Virus record (IMG/VR): IMGVR_UViG_3300026534_000035
Coordinates: 16,458 to 80,457 of that record
Length of the DNA stretch: 64,000 nucleotides
Source of the DNA: a virus
Reading direction: 5' to 3' (one strand)
The notes below the pieces were generated by a model that had not been told where the DNA came from, searched no databases, and worked only from the letters and a program-made list of their open reading frames with translations. How positions within the stretch are numbered: the stretch's first letter is position 1; every line of letters begins with the position of its first letter. Position numbers and translations under genes: made by a program. This document shows positions 35,968-44,757 of this stretch, one piece after another.

Positions 35968-37743
35968 ATGGCGCTGAATATTACATTAGATGGTTTTGTT
36001 TATAAAGAAGATGGGACTATAAGTTCATCTAATGTGTCTTATCAAGCTTACTTTTACAAAGCCAACTCTGGTTCCTCTAATTCAAAGTGGAACAGTTCTC
36101 GTATTGTGGAAGCGACTGGTTATTATTCTATTAATTTGGGAGATGGTGATTGGCTTACTCAAAATGGTTCTGCCGCCGCCGGCGATGTTATTATTTTGGT
36201 TTTTTGGTCGCCAGTATCTGCTGACAGAATGGACTCATGTGGTTTTTTAACTCAATGGTCTTGTTTTAGAGTAGTTTTGGATGGCTCAAGTACTTATACA
36301 ACACAGGTTCAGATTAAATCAAACTATTGCCCCAATCTTAGTTGGTCATTACCAACTACGGGGTTGGTTAATCATAATATTACATTGGCGAATAATAGCA
36401 CTGATCAGCATCAGTGGAATTTTATGGGAAATACTATGTACCAGAGAAATACTTGGTACACTACTCTCATGTCAGTGAACAAGGTGAACAATTCTGGTTA
36501 CGATTGGGGAGATGGTAATTTCAATAGTAATTTACCAGGGACCACAAACGGCACTCATAGTTGGTCTTCTAGTGGGGATTATGATGTACAAATAATTATT
36601 GAGGATGATTGTGATTGTACAGTAACAGGCACCGATACTATTAGGATTTTTAATAATCCCCCTGTGCCAGACATCGCTATGACACCGGCTGATCCAGATC
36701 CTAATGAGCCAGTAGCGTTCAGATACTCTGGAACAGACGTTGATGATAGTATTAGTAATATAGCATGGGTGATAGAAGATAATGGTTCCTACGGTCATAC
36801 AGACACTTTAGCAGATGTTGGGAGAGACACGACTGTTCCTCACACCGAAGGGCTGGGCACATCTTGGTGTGGAGAGTCTGCTTCTGCTGGTGCTTTTACT
36901 AATCCAGGTAGCCATAAAGTTTCAATTGTTATAAGTTGGTGGGATGGATTTAATATTCAAACAATGAATTATGAGGAATATTTTAATCAGCGGGTTTTTA
37001 ATGGCCCTACTGTAAGTTTTACTCAGATCCCAGCTCAGGCTACTGTGGGTTCTGGGGTTGTGTTTGATAACTCTACTATTAATTATGATAGGGTGGGTTT
37101 AGGCTTACCTAATTGTACCGAATATGATTGGTTCTGGACCGATGGTAGTATTACCAATAGTGAGTTGGATAAGCTTTATGATTTTGATTTTGAGAGGACT
37201 CCGACTTCTGTTGATTGTAATGTAAGGTTATGTGCTTCTTGGAGTGATGGTTGGCAGACTCATTACTCTTGTCACACTGAATCAGTGGTGTTTAAAACCA
37301 CAGTGACAGTGTCAGAAGAGGACTGTTATTATAAACTTGGATTAATTGGAACATCTTCAGATGGAAGTGTTTCGGGCTATAGTTGGACTGTATCATCAGG
37401 AACCACTGAAACAGGTCCTTGGACCGAGGTCTGGAATAGTCCTACTAATATGAGTCAAAACCCAAAAACAATTTGTTTTACTGCTATAGGTTGGTATAAA
37501 ATAGATGGGTATATATATGGTGGTGGAACTACTTCCGATAGTGAAATAATTTACATTACTGAAGTATGCCCAGCCACAGTTTCGGGAACTGTTCCAGTGT
37601 GTGAACCTGAAATAACAAGTCACGAAATAGGCAATGTAACTATTAAAGTGGATGAAGTTTTGAAACCTCATATGAGGGGTTCGTTTGACATGAAACCATG
37701 CGTAACTACTATTAATACTTTTCCTGGGCCTAAGAATTTATAA
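35968..37743 (+). CDS. PKD/Ig-like domain virion protein
   Basis: YDWGDG...H.W...G.Y.V.I PKD signature; further Ig-like repeats; many Cys. Confidence 0.75.
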   Translation: MALNITLDGFVYKEDGTISSSNVSYQAYFYKANSGSSNSKWNSSRIVEATGYYSINLGDGDWLTQNGSAAAGDVIILVFWSPVSADRMDSCGFLTQWSCFRVVLDGSSTYTTQVQIKSNYCPNLSWSLPTTGLVNHNITLANNSTDQHQWNFMGNTMYQRNTWYTTLMSVNKVNNSGYDWGDGNFNSNLPGTTNGTHSWSSSGDYDVQIIIEDDCDCTVTGTDTIRIFNNPPVPDIAMTPADPDPNEPVAFRYSGTDVDDSISNIAWVIEDNGSYGHTDTLADVGRDTTVPHTEGLGTSWCGESASAGAFTNPGSHKVSIVISWWDGFNIQTMNYEEYFNQRVFNGPTVSFTQIPAQATVGSGVVFDNSTINYDRVGLGLPNCTEYDWFWTDGSITNSELDKLYDFDFERTPTSVDCNVRLCASWSDGWQTHYSCHTESVVFKTTVTVSEEDCYYKLGLIGTSSDGSVSGYSWTVSSGTTETGPWTEVWNSPTNMSQNPKTICFTAIGWYKIDGYIYGGGTTSDSEIIYITEVCPATVSGTVPVCEPEITSHEIGNVTIKVDEVLKPHMRGSFDMKPCVTTINTFPGPKNL

Positions 37744-37756
37744 TGGAGGATACTAA

Positions 37757-38707
37757 ATGATTTCTTTAACTTTTACAGTAGATAATGTGGATACTGTTTT
37801 ACAGATTTATGATCAAATAGAAGTTATAAAATACACAGGCACTGATGCGCAGCCCGAAACCCCTGTGGGCGATGTAATAGCTTTGACTGATTGGGTAGTT
37901 GTTAGTGGTACGGGTTCTAATGTACCTATTAGTTTATCTTCTGGTCAATCACAATATCAAGCGTATGATACATCAGGAACTGCTTCTAATTGGTATTCTT
38001 CTAGGTATAGCTCATCAACAGATAGTAGTGTTTATAGTGGTTGGACTGATCCTATTTTAGGTGAGGCTGGTGATTTATATTATAATCCTCTTTTTCCGGC
38101 GGAGATAGATTATGGAAGTACTGATCAAATGATCATAGATCGGATTAGAGTATTAATAGGAGATCCTAAAGGATTGAACAGAGAAGTTGGGGAACCAGAA
38201 ACTGCTTCTATAATGGACAATAATAAAACTTATTATTTAGAAGAAAAAGGCTGGCCAGTTTCTATAACTATGAATGGTAAACAATTTACCGATATAGGTA
38301 ATCCTACTATAAATGGGTACAGGTATTTAACTTTTAAAGAAGATATCTCTAAGCCAGTTACAATAAGTGGAGTAACATATGCAGTGGATGTATGGTATTA
38401 TACTTTTAGAAATAGTGATAGACAAATTATGGCTGTTTATGAAAGCACTCCTCCGCCTGCAGGATTAACCACTTCAACAGCTACTACAGAGGTTTATATT
38501 TTAGCGGCCGCGGTGGATCTTGTAAGGTCTGAGTTGTTGCTAGATGCTAATGAGGATGGGGCTTTGGTGGCTGATGAAGGAAGTAAATACAATCCCACGC
38601 CAGGGCTTGATGCTAGAAGACGACTTTTAAATGATTTAAATAAAAAACTATCAGATTTAATTCATTCTCTTAAAATGGGTGGGATAACTGGTGTTCTTAT
38701 TGACTAA
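37757..38707 (+). CDS. Putative head-tail adaptor
   Basis: IRVLIGD motif and helical C-terminus; first gene of the neck cluster. Confidence 0.55.
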   Translation: MISLTFTVDNVDTVLQIYDQIEVIKYTGTDAQPETPVGDVIALTDWVVVSGTGSNVPISLSSGQSQYQAYDTSGTASNWYSSRYSSSTDSSVYSGWTDPILGEAGDLYYNPLFPAEIDYGSTDQMIIDRIRVLIGDPKGLNREVGEPETASIMDNNKTYYLEEKGWPVSITMNGKQFTDIGNPTINGYRYLTFKEDISKPVTISGVTYAVDVWYYTFRNSDRQIMAVYESTPPPAGLTTSTATTEVYILAAAVDLVRSELLLDANEDGALVADEGSKYNPTPGLDARRRLLNDLNKKLSDLIHSLKMGGITGVLID

Positions 38708-38724
38708 TACTTCCAGGAGTTGAG

Positions 38725-39324
38725 ATGAGACGAAAACGAATCAGTAAAAGAACTCGTGAAAAATTTAAGAAAACTATTAGAAATGTAATCGGTGATCTTA
38801 GTAGAGAAGTATTGGTATATTTAAAACCAAGGACTAGTGAATGTCCAAATTGTTATTATGACAAATTGACTAATTCATCTACTGGCAAATGTAAATGGAA
38901 TCCTGTAGAGGCAAGGGATAAACAACAGGCTTGGATCGCAGCGGGCAACAAAACAACTAGATATAAGTTTTTTGTAAAGGGCCGATGTCCTGTATGTGGA
39001 GGCAAAGGTTACTTAGAGACTATTAGAAAAAAATGGGTTGATGCTTTAGTGATTTGGAATCCCGGATCAAGAATTGCTGGGAATGATGCTATGGCAACTC
39101 CTGCGGGCACAGAGGGAACTACTACTGTAGAATTAAAATTACACCCTAGATATTATGATTTACTAAAAGAGTCTCAAAAAATAGTTGTTGATAATATAGA
39201 GTGTAATATGACAAGGCCTCCTCTTCTTAGAGGTCTGGGAAATGAAGCAGTATTGATAATTACCGCTCATACGACTGGTAAGTTTGATAAAGATGTTGGA
39301 AAAGATATTAAGGAGTATAGATGA
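38725..39324 (+). CDS. Putative head-closure/neck protein with zinc finger
   Basis: CPNC...CPVCGGKG; position in the neck cluster. Confidence 0.55.
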   Translation: MRRKRISKRTREKFKKTIRNVIGDLSREVLVYLKPRTSECPNCYYDKLTNSSTGKCKWNPVEARDKQQAWIAAGNKTTRYKFFVKGRCPVCGGKGYLETIRKKWVDALVIWNPGSRIAGNDAMATPAGTEGTTTVELKLHPRYYDLLKESQKIVVDNIECNMTRPPLLRGLGNEAVLIITAHTTGKFDKDVGKDIKEYR

Positions 39325-39929
39325 TGGCTATTTTTAATGATGTTAATAAAGCCATTAAAGTAACTAAGAAAAAGTTAGCTACATTATTTAATTCATCTTT
39401 AACTGATGAAGTTAAAACTATGATAGAAGAAGCCTATGAAGAAAAACTATTTGGAGTAGTCCCAAAAGGTGATTTAGGACGACCAGAAGATTTCTATGAC
39501 TTATTTGTGGAGAGATTAAACAATTTTGAATTTGTAAGACACGAAGCTGAGTCTTTACATTTTAATTGTCCTTCCATAGATACGTTTGATTTTAGTGGTG
39601 CTCTATCTTTTTTGAAGGTTATTTTAGAAGGAATTGTTGGTTTTTATTATATAATACCTTCAGAAACTTATAGGTTACTAGGGTATACTCCACCAGATTT
39701 TAGCACTGATATTTATTTGATTAATGAAAATGACCCACTAGTTAATGATATCACACAACGTCTGGGGAAGCAGTTTTTGAATGTGTACGCCTTTTCTAAT
39801 AGTGGCCCAATAGATATTTTTAGTGAGGCAAAAGATTTTATTGATACCTTTGCTCATAAAATTATTAAAAATTCGCTTGTAGAAATAACCAATAAAATAG
39901 AAAAAGATTACAGTGGGAGAGTTGTATAA
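39321..39929 (+). CDS. Hypothetical neck/tail completion protein
   Basis: ATGA overlap; assignment from synteny only. Confidence 0.5.
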   Translation: MMAIFNDVNKAIKVTKKKLATLFNSSLTDEVKTMIEEAYEEKLFGVVPKGDLGRPEDFYDLFVERLNNFEFVRHEAESLHFNCPSIDTFDFSGALSFLKVILEGIVGFYYIIPSETYRLLGYTPPDFSTDIYLINENDPLVNDITQRLGKQFLNVYAFSNSGPIDIFSEAKDFIDTFAHKIIKNSLVEITNKIEKDYSGRVV

Positions 39930-40873
39930 TGAGTTATGAAATGAAGAGTATAAGGAAAGAGGATCTTAGTGTATACCATTATCTAAAAGAAGTAGTTTTG
40001 TCTGATTTTGTAGAAATAGATGAAAATATCCCTTTGGTATATAGCGAAAAATTATCTAGTGTTAATAATGATGCGGATCCTTCTACGAATATCTTAGTTT
40101 ATACAGCTGAAACTGTTACCCAGCCTAATCCAATTTCCAGAGGACGTGGTTGGTTATATTTTGATACAGTGTCAGGAACTCAATCACAGTTGTGTGAGCC
40201 CTATATAGTTGTGTCAGGAACTCGTGCGGATGGTGTACCGGTATTTGGGACCCCCGAACAATCCACTTCCGTGATTGTTTATGATTCTAATTTTAATATA
40301 ATTGACAGCTCATTGTATATGATAGACTATGTTGATGGACGAATAGTCACTGATGATGTTTCATTGGATTTAGCTTACGTTACATACAAATGGTATTATG
40401 TAAGTGTTGTGGAGGGCTGGGAACTACTTGATGTGGCTGATCCTCCAATAGTTGTTATAGATATTCAATCCACCGTTAAAATGGGCTATCAATTAGGTGC
40501 TGGAAAAAAGATTATAAGACGTGGTGATATTCATATTTTTGCCTCCAGTTCAGCAGAACTTAAAGATTTGTCAGAGACTATTTATGATGGGTTATATTTG
40601 AGAAGCTGTCCTTTGTATAATTTTTCTTTGGGCGATGTTTTAGATTATGATGGAACTTTTTATGGGAGAAAAGAAGACCCTAATAAACTAACCTCCCTAT
40701 TTGATAGAACCCATAGTAAAAAAATTATAGGTAATTTAGAGTTTAATAAAGTTGTGGCACGTAATGTTGGTTTACCACCAATATTAACACGAAATAGAGA
40801 AGAAATAATGAATGATTTAAATGCTTACAGAGCAAAAGTAAGTTTTGAATTGATATCTTATACACCTGCATAG
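39929..40873 (+). CDS. Putative tail terminator
   Basis: P.VVID....G.QLG...IHIFA pattern; directly upstream of the tail tube gene. Confidence 0.55.
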   Translation: MSYEMKSIRKEDLSVYHYLKEVVLSDFVEIDENIPLVYSEKLSSVNNDADPSTNILVYTAETVTQPNPISRGRGWLYFDTVSGTQSQLCEPYIVVSGTRADGVPVFGTPEQSTSVIVYDSNFNIIDSSLYMIDYVDGRIVTDDVSLDLAYVTYKWYYVSVVEGWELLDVADPPIVVIDIQSTVKMGYQLGAGKKIIRRGDIHIFASSSAELKDLSETIYDGLYLRSCPLYNFSLGDVLDYDGTFYGRKEDPNKLTSLFDRTHSKKIIGNLEFNKVVARNVGLPPILTRNREEIMNDLNAYRAKVSFELISYTPA

Positions 40874-40996
40874 GAAAAGGCCTTATCGTTTTTAGCTTGC
40901 CTCGGCTAATCTACGATAAACTAATGTATTGGTAAGATATCGAAAACCAACCTGATTACTTTTTCTGATAAGGATAAAATAGGAGGAGTAAGTAAT

Positions 40997-42601
40997 ATGG
41001 CTAGAAATAGAATAATTTATGCGTCTCAGAGCGTGTGGTGTAATGGTGAGGTCCTTTATAGAGTTCAATCTTTGGGATCAACCACTACGTTTACGTCAGA
41101 AGACATTTTTGAATTAGGTCATTTAGACATCGTAGATGTTGTAGATGATGTTCCTGCAGTGGCAGTTACATTAAATACAAATGACTTTGGTGATCTTCGG
41201 ACGGCAGCTACTTTGGCACAATTACCCGCTGTAAAACGTGCTATGAACGCCACTACTAATAGTACTAATGCTAATTTAAGAGTGGTGGACAGCGCCGGTA
41301 TGGCTACAGGTACTTATTTACATGGTGTCTGTTTGGCTGACTTTGCAGTGGTATGTGGTAATTTGCCTGGTGTTACGTTGTGGGCGCCAGTTCAGGATGA
41401 GTGTTCTTTGGGCACTTTGGATCCTAACATTGACCAAACTCTGTTCTTAGACGAAGTTTATGTTAACAGTATAGAGCTAGGTTATACAACTGGAGCTAAT
41501 GCAACTGAAAACTTTGGAGCTGAAACAGATAATAAAAAATGGTTTTTAAATGATGGTAGATTTATAACAATGGATGCCTTCGATGGAGCAACACTTGCTT
41601 CAGGAATTAGTGCAGGGTATATTACACTAAGTCTTCCAATCTCAGCTACCATTCCTACCTTGTCTGATGGCACTATTGGTTTTCTGCGTAAATCAGAAGA
41701 TGGTGCTCCCGCAGTTACTTGGTATGATGTTTCTGCTAATGCAGTAAAGAATGTGGAAATAGTAGTTGGTGTGGCTGCTGCTACTGATACTTACGTATAT
41801 CACAAAACAGCTACAGAGCACAGAGTGTATTTACCAACTGGCGCAGATGCTCCAGCAGCGGCAGACAGAATAGAGGTAATTTATTCCGCTGATGCTTATG
41901 GTACTTCTGCTACTGGTAAGTATTTTGAAATTTTGGATACTACTAGTCGTCCTGACATGATTGGCGCAATTAGACAGGGCCAGGTGGAAGTTTACATTGT
42001 TTCTGATTCTGATACATCTTATAGAGGTGCTTGGAGATTGACTGGTTGTACAACTACGGCTGACCTAACTCGTACACCTTTGGCAGAATTAGGACATTTG
42101 GCACCATATGATAGACCACTAACAGTTCCTGTTCCGATTACAGTAACTGTAGACTCTACCATGGGTGACTTGGAGAATTGGGCTATGTTTGCAGATCAGC
42201 TGCCTGCTTATGATGCTAATACTCTGGATGATATTAGTCTTACAGATTTAATGTCTTCAGATGATCTTAAGTTGGTCGTTATGGTTTATGCTCAAACCGA
42301 CGAAGAAGCTGGTGGAACTGGTTCTAATAGAAAAATTGCTGCGAATAGTCCTTTGATTGGCCAGAATTATTGGGTAGATGGTGTTATGGGAACATACGCC
42401 GCCGCCGGCGAATCAGAACACCCATTGAAAACTATTATTGTTGAGCATCTAAAAATTACGGATGAGGGTAACACTTTAGATATGGGTGCTAATATGACAC
42501 AGACTTTTGGTTTCAGGTCAACAAATGACTTGTATATGATTAAGGGTGGTGTGTCTATTACGAATATTACTAGTGGAAATAAAGTAAGACGTAACGGATA
42601 A
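40997..42601 (+). CDS. Major tail tube protein
   Basis: MARNRIIYA, RVQS, IFELG, internal repeat with ELG; strong SD; followed by chaperones and tape measure. Confidence 0.75.
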   Translation: MARNRIIYASQSVWCNGEVLYRVQSLGSTTTFTSEDIFELGHLDIVDVVDDVPAVAVTLNTNDFGDLRTAATLAQLPAVKRAMNATTNSTNANLRVVDSAGMATGTYLHGVCLADFAVVCGNLPGVTLWAPVQDECSLGTLDPNIDQTLFLDEVYVNSIELGYTTGANATENFGAETDNKKWFLNDGRFITMDAFDGATLASGISAGYITLSLPISATIPTLSDGTIGFLRKSEDGAPAVTWYDVSANAVKNVEIVVGVAAATDTYVYHKTATEHRVYLPTGADAPAAADRIEVIYSADAYGTSATGKYFEILDTTSRPDMIGAIRQGQVEVYIVSDSDTSYRGAWRLTGCTTTADLTRTPLAELGHLAPYDRPLTVPVPITVTVDSTMGDLENWAMFADQLPAYDANTLDDISLTDLMSSDDLKLVVMVYAQTDEEAGGTGSNRKIAANSPLIGQNYWVDGVMGTYAAAGESEHPLKTIIVEHLKITDEGNTLDMGANMTQTFGFRSTNDLYMIKGGVSITNITSGNKVRRNG

Positions 42602-42617
42602 TGTATCTATAGGAAAA

Positions 42618-42642
42618 AGAGTGGGCACTTTGTGTCCACTCT
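42618..42642 (+). terminator. Stem-loop after the tail tube gene
   Basis: AGAGTGGGCAC-TTT-GTGTCCACTCT; A-tract upstream, no U-tract. Confidence 0.5.
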
Positions 42643-42667
42643 GATCAAAAAAGGAGGAGTATAGGAT

Positions 42668-42925
42668 ATGTCTGGGAAAGATAAAAGTATGGACAAAATG
42701 AATAGGTTTGTTAAATCAGAAGTAACGGCTATGTTTGAACGTATTCTTGATTATGCACAAATAGCAGTTCCAACTGAAGCTGTGTATAAAGCCCTAAGAT
42801 CAAAAATTTTACGGGCGGGGAATGATTGTATAAGAAGAATACAAGCACATAATACAAAATTCTATGATGTAGAATACAAACCTGTTTCTGAGGATGTAAT
42901 AAAAGTAGATAAAGTAACTAACTAG
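42668..42925 (+). CDS. Hypothetical protein
   Basis: ORF with SD; LRSKILRAGNDCIR. Confidence 0.7.
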   Translation: MSGKDKSMDKMNRFVKSEVTAMFERILDYAQIAVPTEAVYKALRSKILRAGNDCIRRIQAHNTKFYDVEYKPVSEDVIKVDKVTN

Positions 42926-42956
42926 AAGAGGAAATGGTATAGGAGGTGTATATAAA

Positions 42957-43706
42957 ATGGTAGAAGAAAAAACTGATGATAGACGTGTTTTTATAGGACC
43001 AGATGAAGTAACTGAGTATTTTATTGCTACTCCAAGCGCAGAAGATATTAGGGGAGCAGATTGGCAGTATAGTAAAGTTTATACTTCAAGCTTGGTAGCG
43101 GGAATAACTACAAGTGCCGAGATGATGGATATTTTGATGAGACGGGGTATTATAGGCCCTGAGTTTGAGCAACGTTCACAAGAACTTACTGAAAATTTAA
43201 ATAAAGCTATTTTGGAATTGGATGCTGCAAAGACTCCTGAAGAAAAACAAGCCTTGGCCATAGTAGTAGCCAATGCTAGAGAAGAATTATTCCAATGGAG
43301 TCAAAGACTTAATGGTCCTATGGCTAATACATGTGAACAATTGGCTGATGATGCACGTTTAGAGTATTTAACATCGTGTATGGTTCAAGATAAAGACGGA
43401 AAAAGAGTTTGGGATTCGTACGAAAGTTATTTAACTGAAAGAAATCAGGGTTTGGCTAATAGAGCTAGATTTGAAGTAATGTTGTTCTTACAAGGATTAG
43501 ATTCTGATTTTTTGGAGAACACACCAGAAGCAGTGGCGGTTAAAGAAGCAGAAAGACAATTACTAGCTGAATCTGAAAAAGCTATTAATTTAGCCAATGC
43601 CATGATGGAAGAAGAAGCTCAGAAAAAGTCTAAGCCCAGTTCTAATAAAAAGAAAACTACCAAGAAAAGTTCTTCTAAGAAAAAAACTACTAAAGCAAAG
43701 AAATAA
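42957..43706 (+). CDS. Putative tail assembly chaperone
   Basis: Acidic helical protein between tube and tape measure genes. Confidence 0.55.
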   Translation: MVEEKTDDRRVFIGPDEVTEYFIATPSAEDIRGADWQYSKVYTSSLVAGITTSAEMMDILMRRGIIGPEFEQRSQELTENLNKAILELDAAKTPEEKQALAIVVANAREELFQWSQRLNGPMANTCEQLADDARLEYLTSCMVQDKDGKRVWDSYESYLTERNQGLANRARFEVMLFLQGLDSDFLENTPEAVAVKEAERQLLAESEKAINLANAMMEEEAQKKSKPSSNKKKTTKKSSSKKKTTKAKK

Positions 43707-44710
43707 TGGATTTATCTTTAGAGGAATTGGAAGGCTACCTGAATGTTATTTTAATAGCTCAAAAAATAATAGAAATCAGGGGGCTGGAACTGGTATTTAA
43801 GCAACCAGATGTCGCTTTGAAAATGAAAGCGGCTATGGTTTATAATAAAGCGTATAAGGAGGCCATTAATAGTGGTCTCCTTTCTCGCAAAGACTTGTCT
43901 GAATTAATTAAAAAAAGACATATAATTTCTGAAGAAGAACTTAATAGGCTTAGTAGGTTAGAGAGTAAATTAGAAGCTCAAAAAATTTTGTTGAGCAAAA
44001 CTACAAAAGTTAGAGCTAATCAGGATAGACTTAAAAAAATAATTTCGGATTTGGAATCTGAAATATTTAGTATTAAAGAAAAAGAAATGTCCAAACTTAT
44101 GCTTTCTGCGGAAACTAAAGCAGAAGAAGACAGGTATAATTTTTTATGTGCCAAAAGTGTATATCATAATGATTCTCTTTTTTGGCCATCTTATGAGATA
44201 TATAAAAAAGAAACGAATTTGTTATTAAAGAATGAAATTTTATCTGAGTTTATGGCTTTTTATAATGGTATTTCTACAGATGTTATTAGATATATTGCTA
44301 GACATAATTTATGGAGAGTGAGATATGTAACAAGTAGAAAAACTTCTGAGGCATTATTTGGTAGACCTACTTCAGAGTATACAATAGATATGCTTAATTT
44401 AGCTTTTTGGTCTAATTATTATCAACAGATTTATGATATGTTGCCAGAAGACAGGCCCCCTGAAAGTATTATAGAAGATGATGAAGCACTAGATGCTTAC
44501 ATGAAATCTTTCTATGATGAACAAGAAAAAGAAGCAATGGCAAGGAAGGCGGAACGGAAAATAGGTGGCAAACTGTCAGCGTTTGATCAAGAAGAAGTAA
44601 TAGTAACTCGATCTAATGAGTTATATGAAGATATTAAATATGATAAACCAAGAGAAGCGCAACGAATAAGGGATAAAACGGATATTAGGAAAAAGGCACG
44701 GCGTAGATAG
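43706..44710 (+). CDS. Putative tail assembly chaperone 2
   Basis: TAATG coupling; RPP..IIEDD.ALD motif; directly precedes the tape measure gene. Confidence 0.55.
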   Translation: MDLSLEELEGYLNVILIAQKIIEIRGLELVFKQPDVALKMKAAMVYNKAYKEAINSGLLSRKDLSELIKKRHIISEEELNRLSRLESKLEAQKILLSKTTKVRANQDRLKKIISDLESEIFSIKEKEMSKLMLSAETKAEEDRYNFLCAKSVYHNDSLFWPSYEIYKKETNLLLKNEILSEFMAFYNGISTDVIRYIARHNLWRVRYVTSRKTSEALFGRPTSEYTIDMLNLAFWSNYYQQIYDMLPEDRPPESIIEDDEALDAYMKSFYDEQEKEAMARKAERKIGGKLSAFDQEEVIVTRSNELYEDIKYDKPREAQRIRDKTDIRKKARRR

Positions 44711-44757
44711 GTATATATAATTATATAATATTTTATTATTAATTGGAGGAGCTTATC

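Noticed and set aside
43660-43710. Programmed -1 frameshift joining the two tail chaperones at the A-run (G AAA AAA)
   Set aside because: The -1 frame hits TAA at 43691-43693 before reaching the second ORF. The genes are simply TAATG-coupled.
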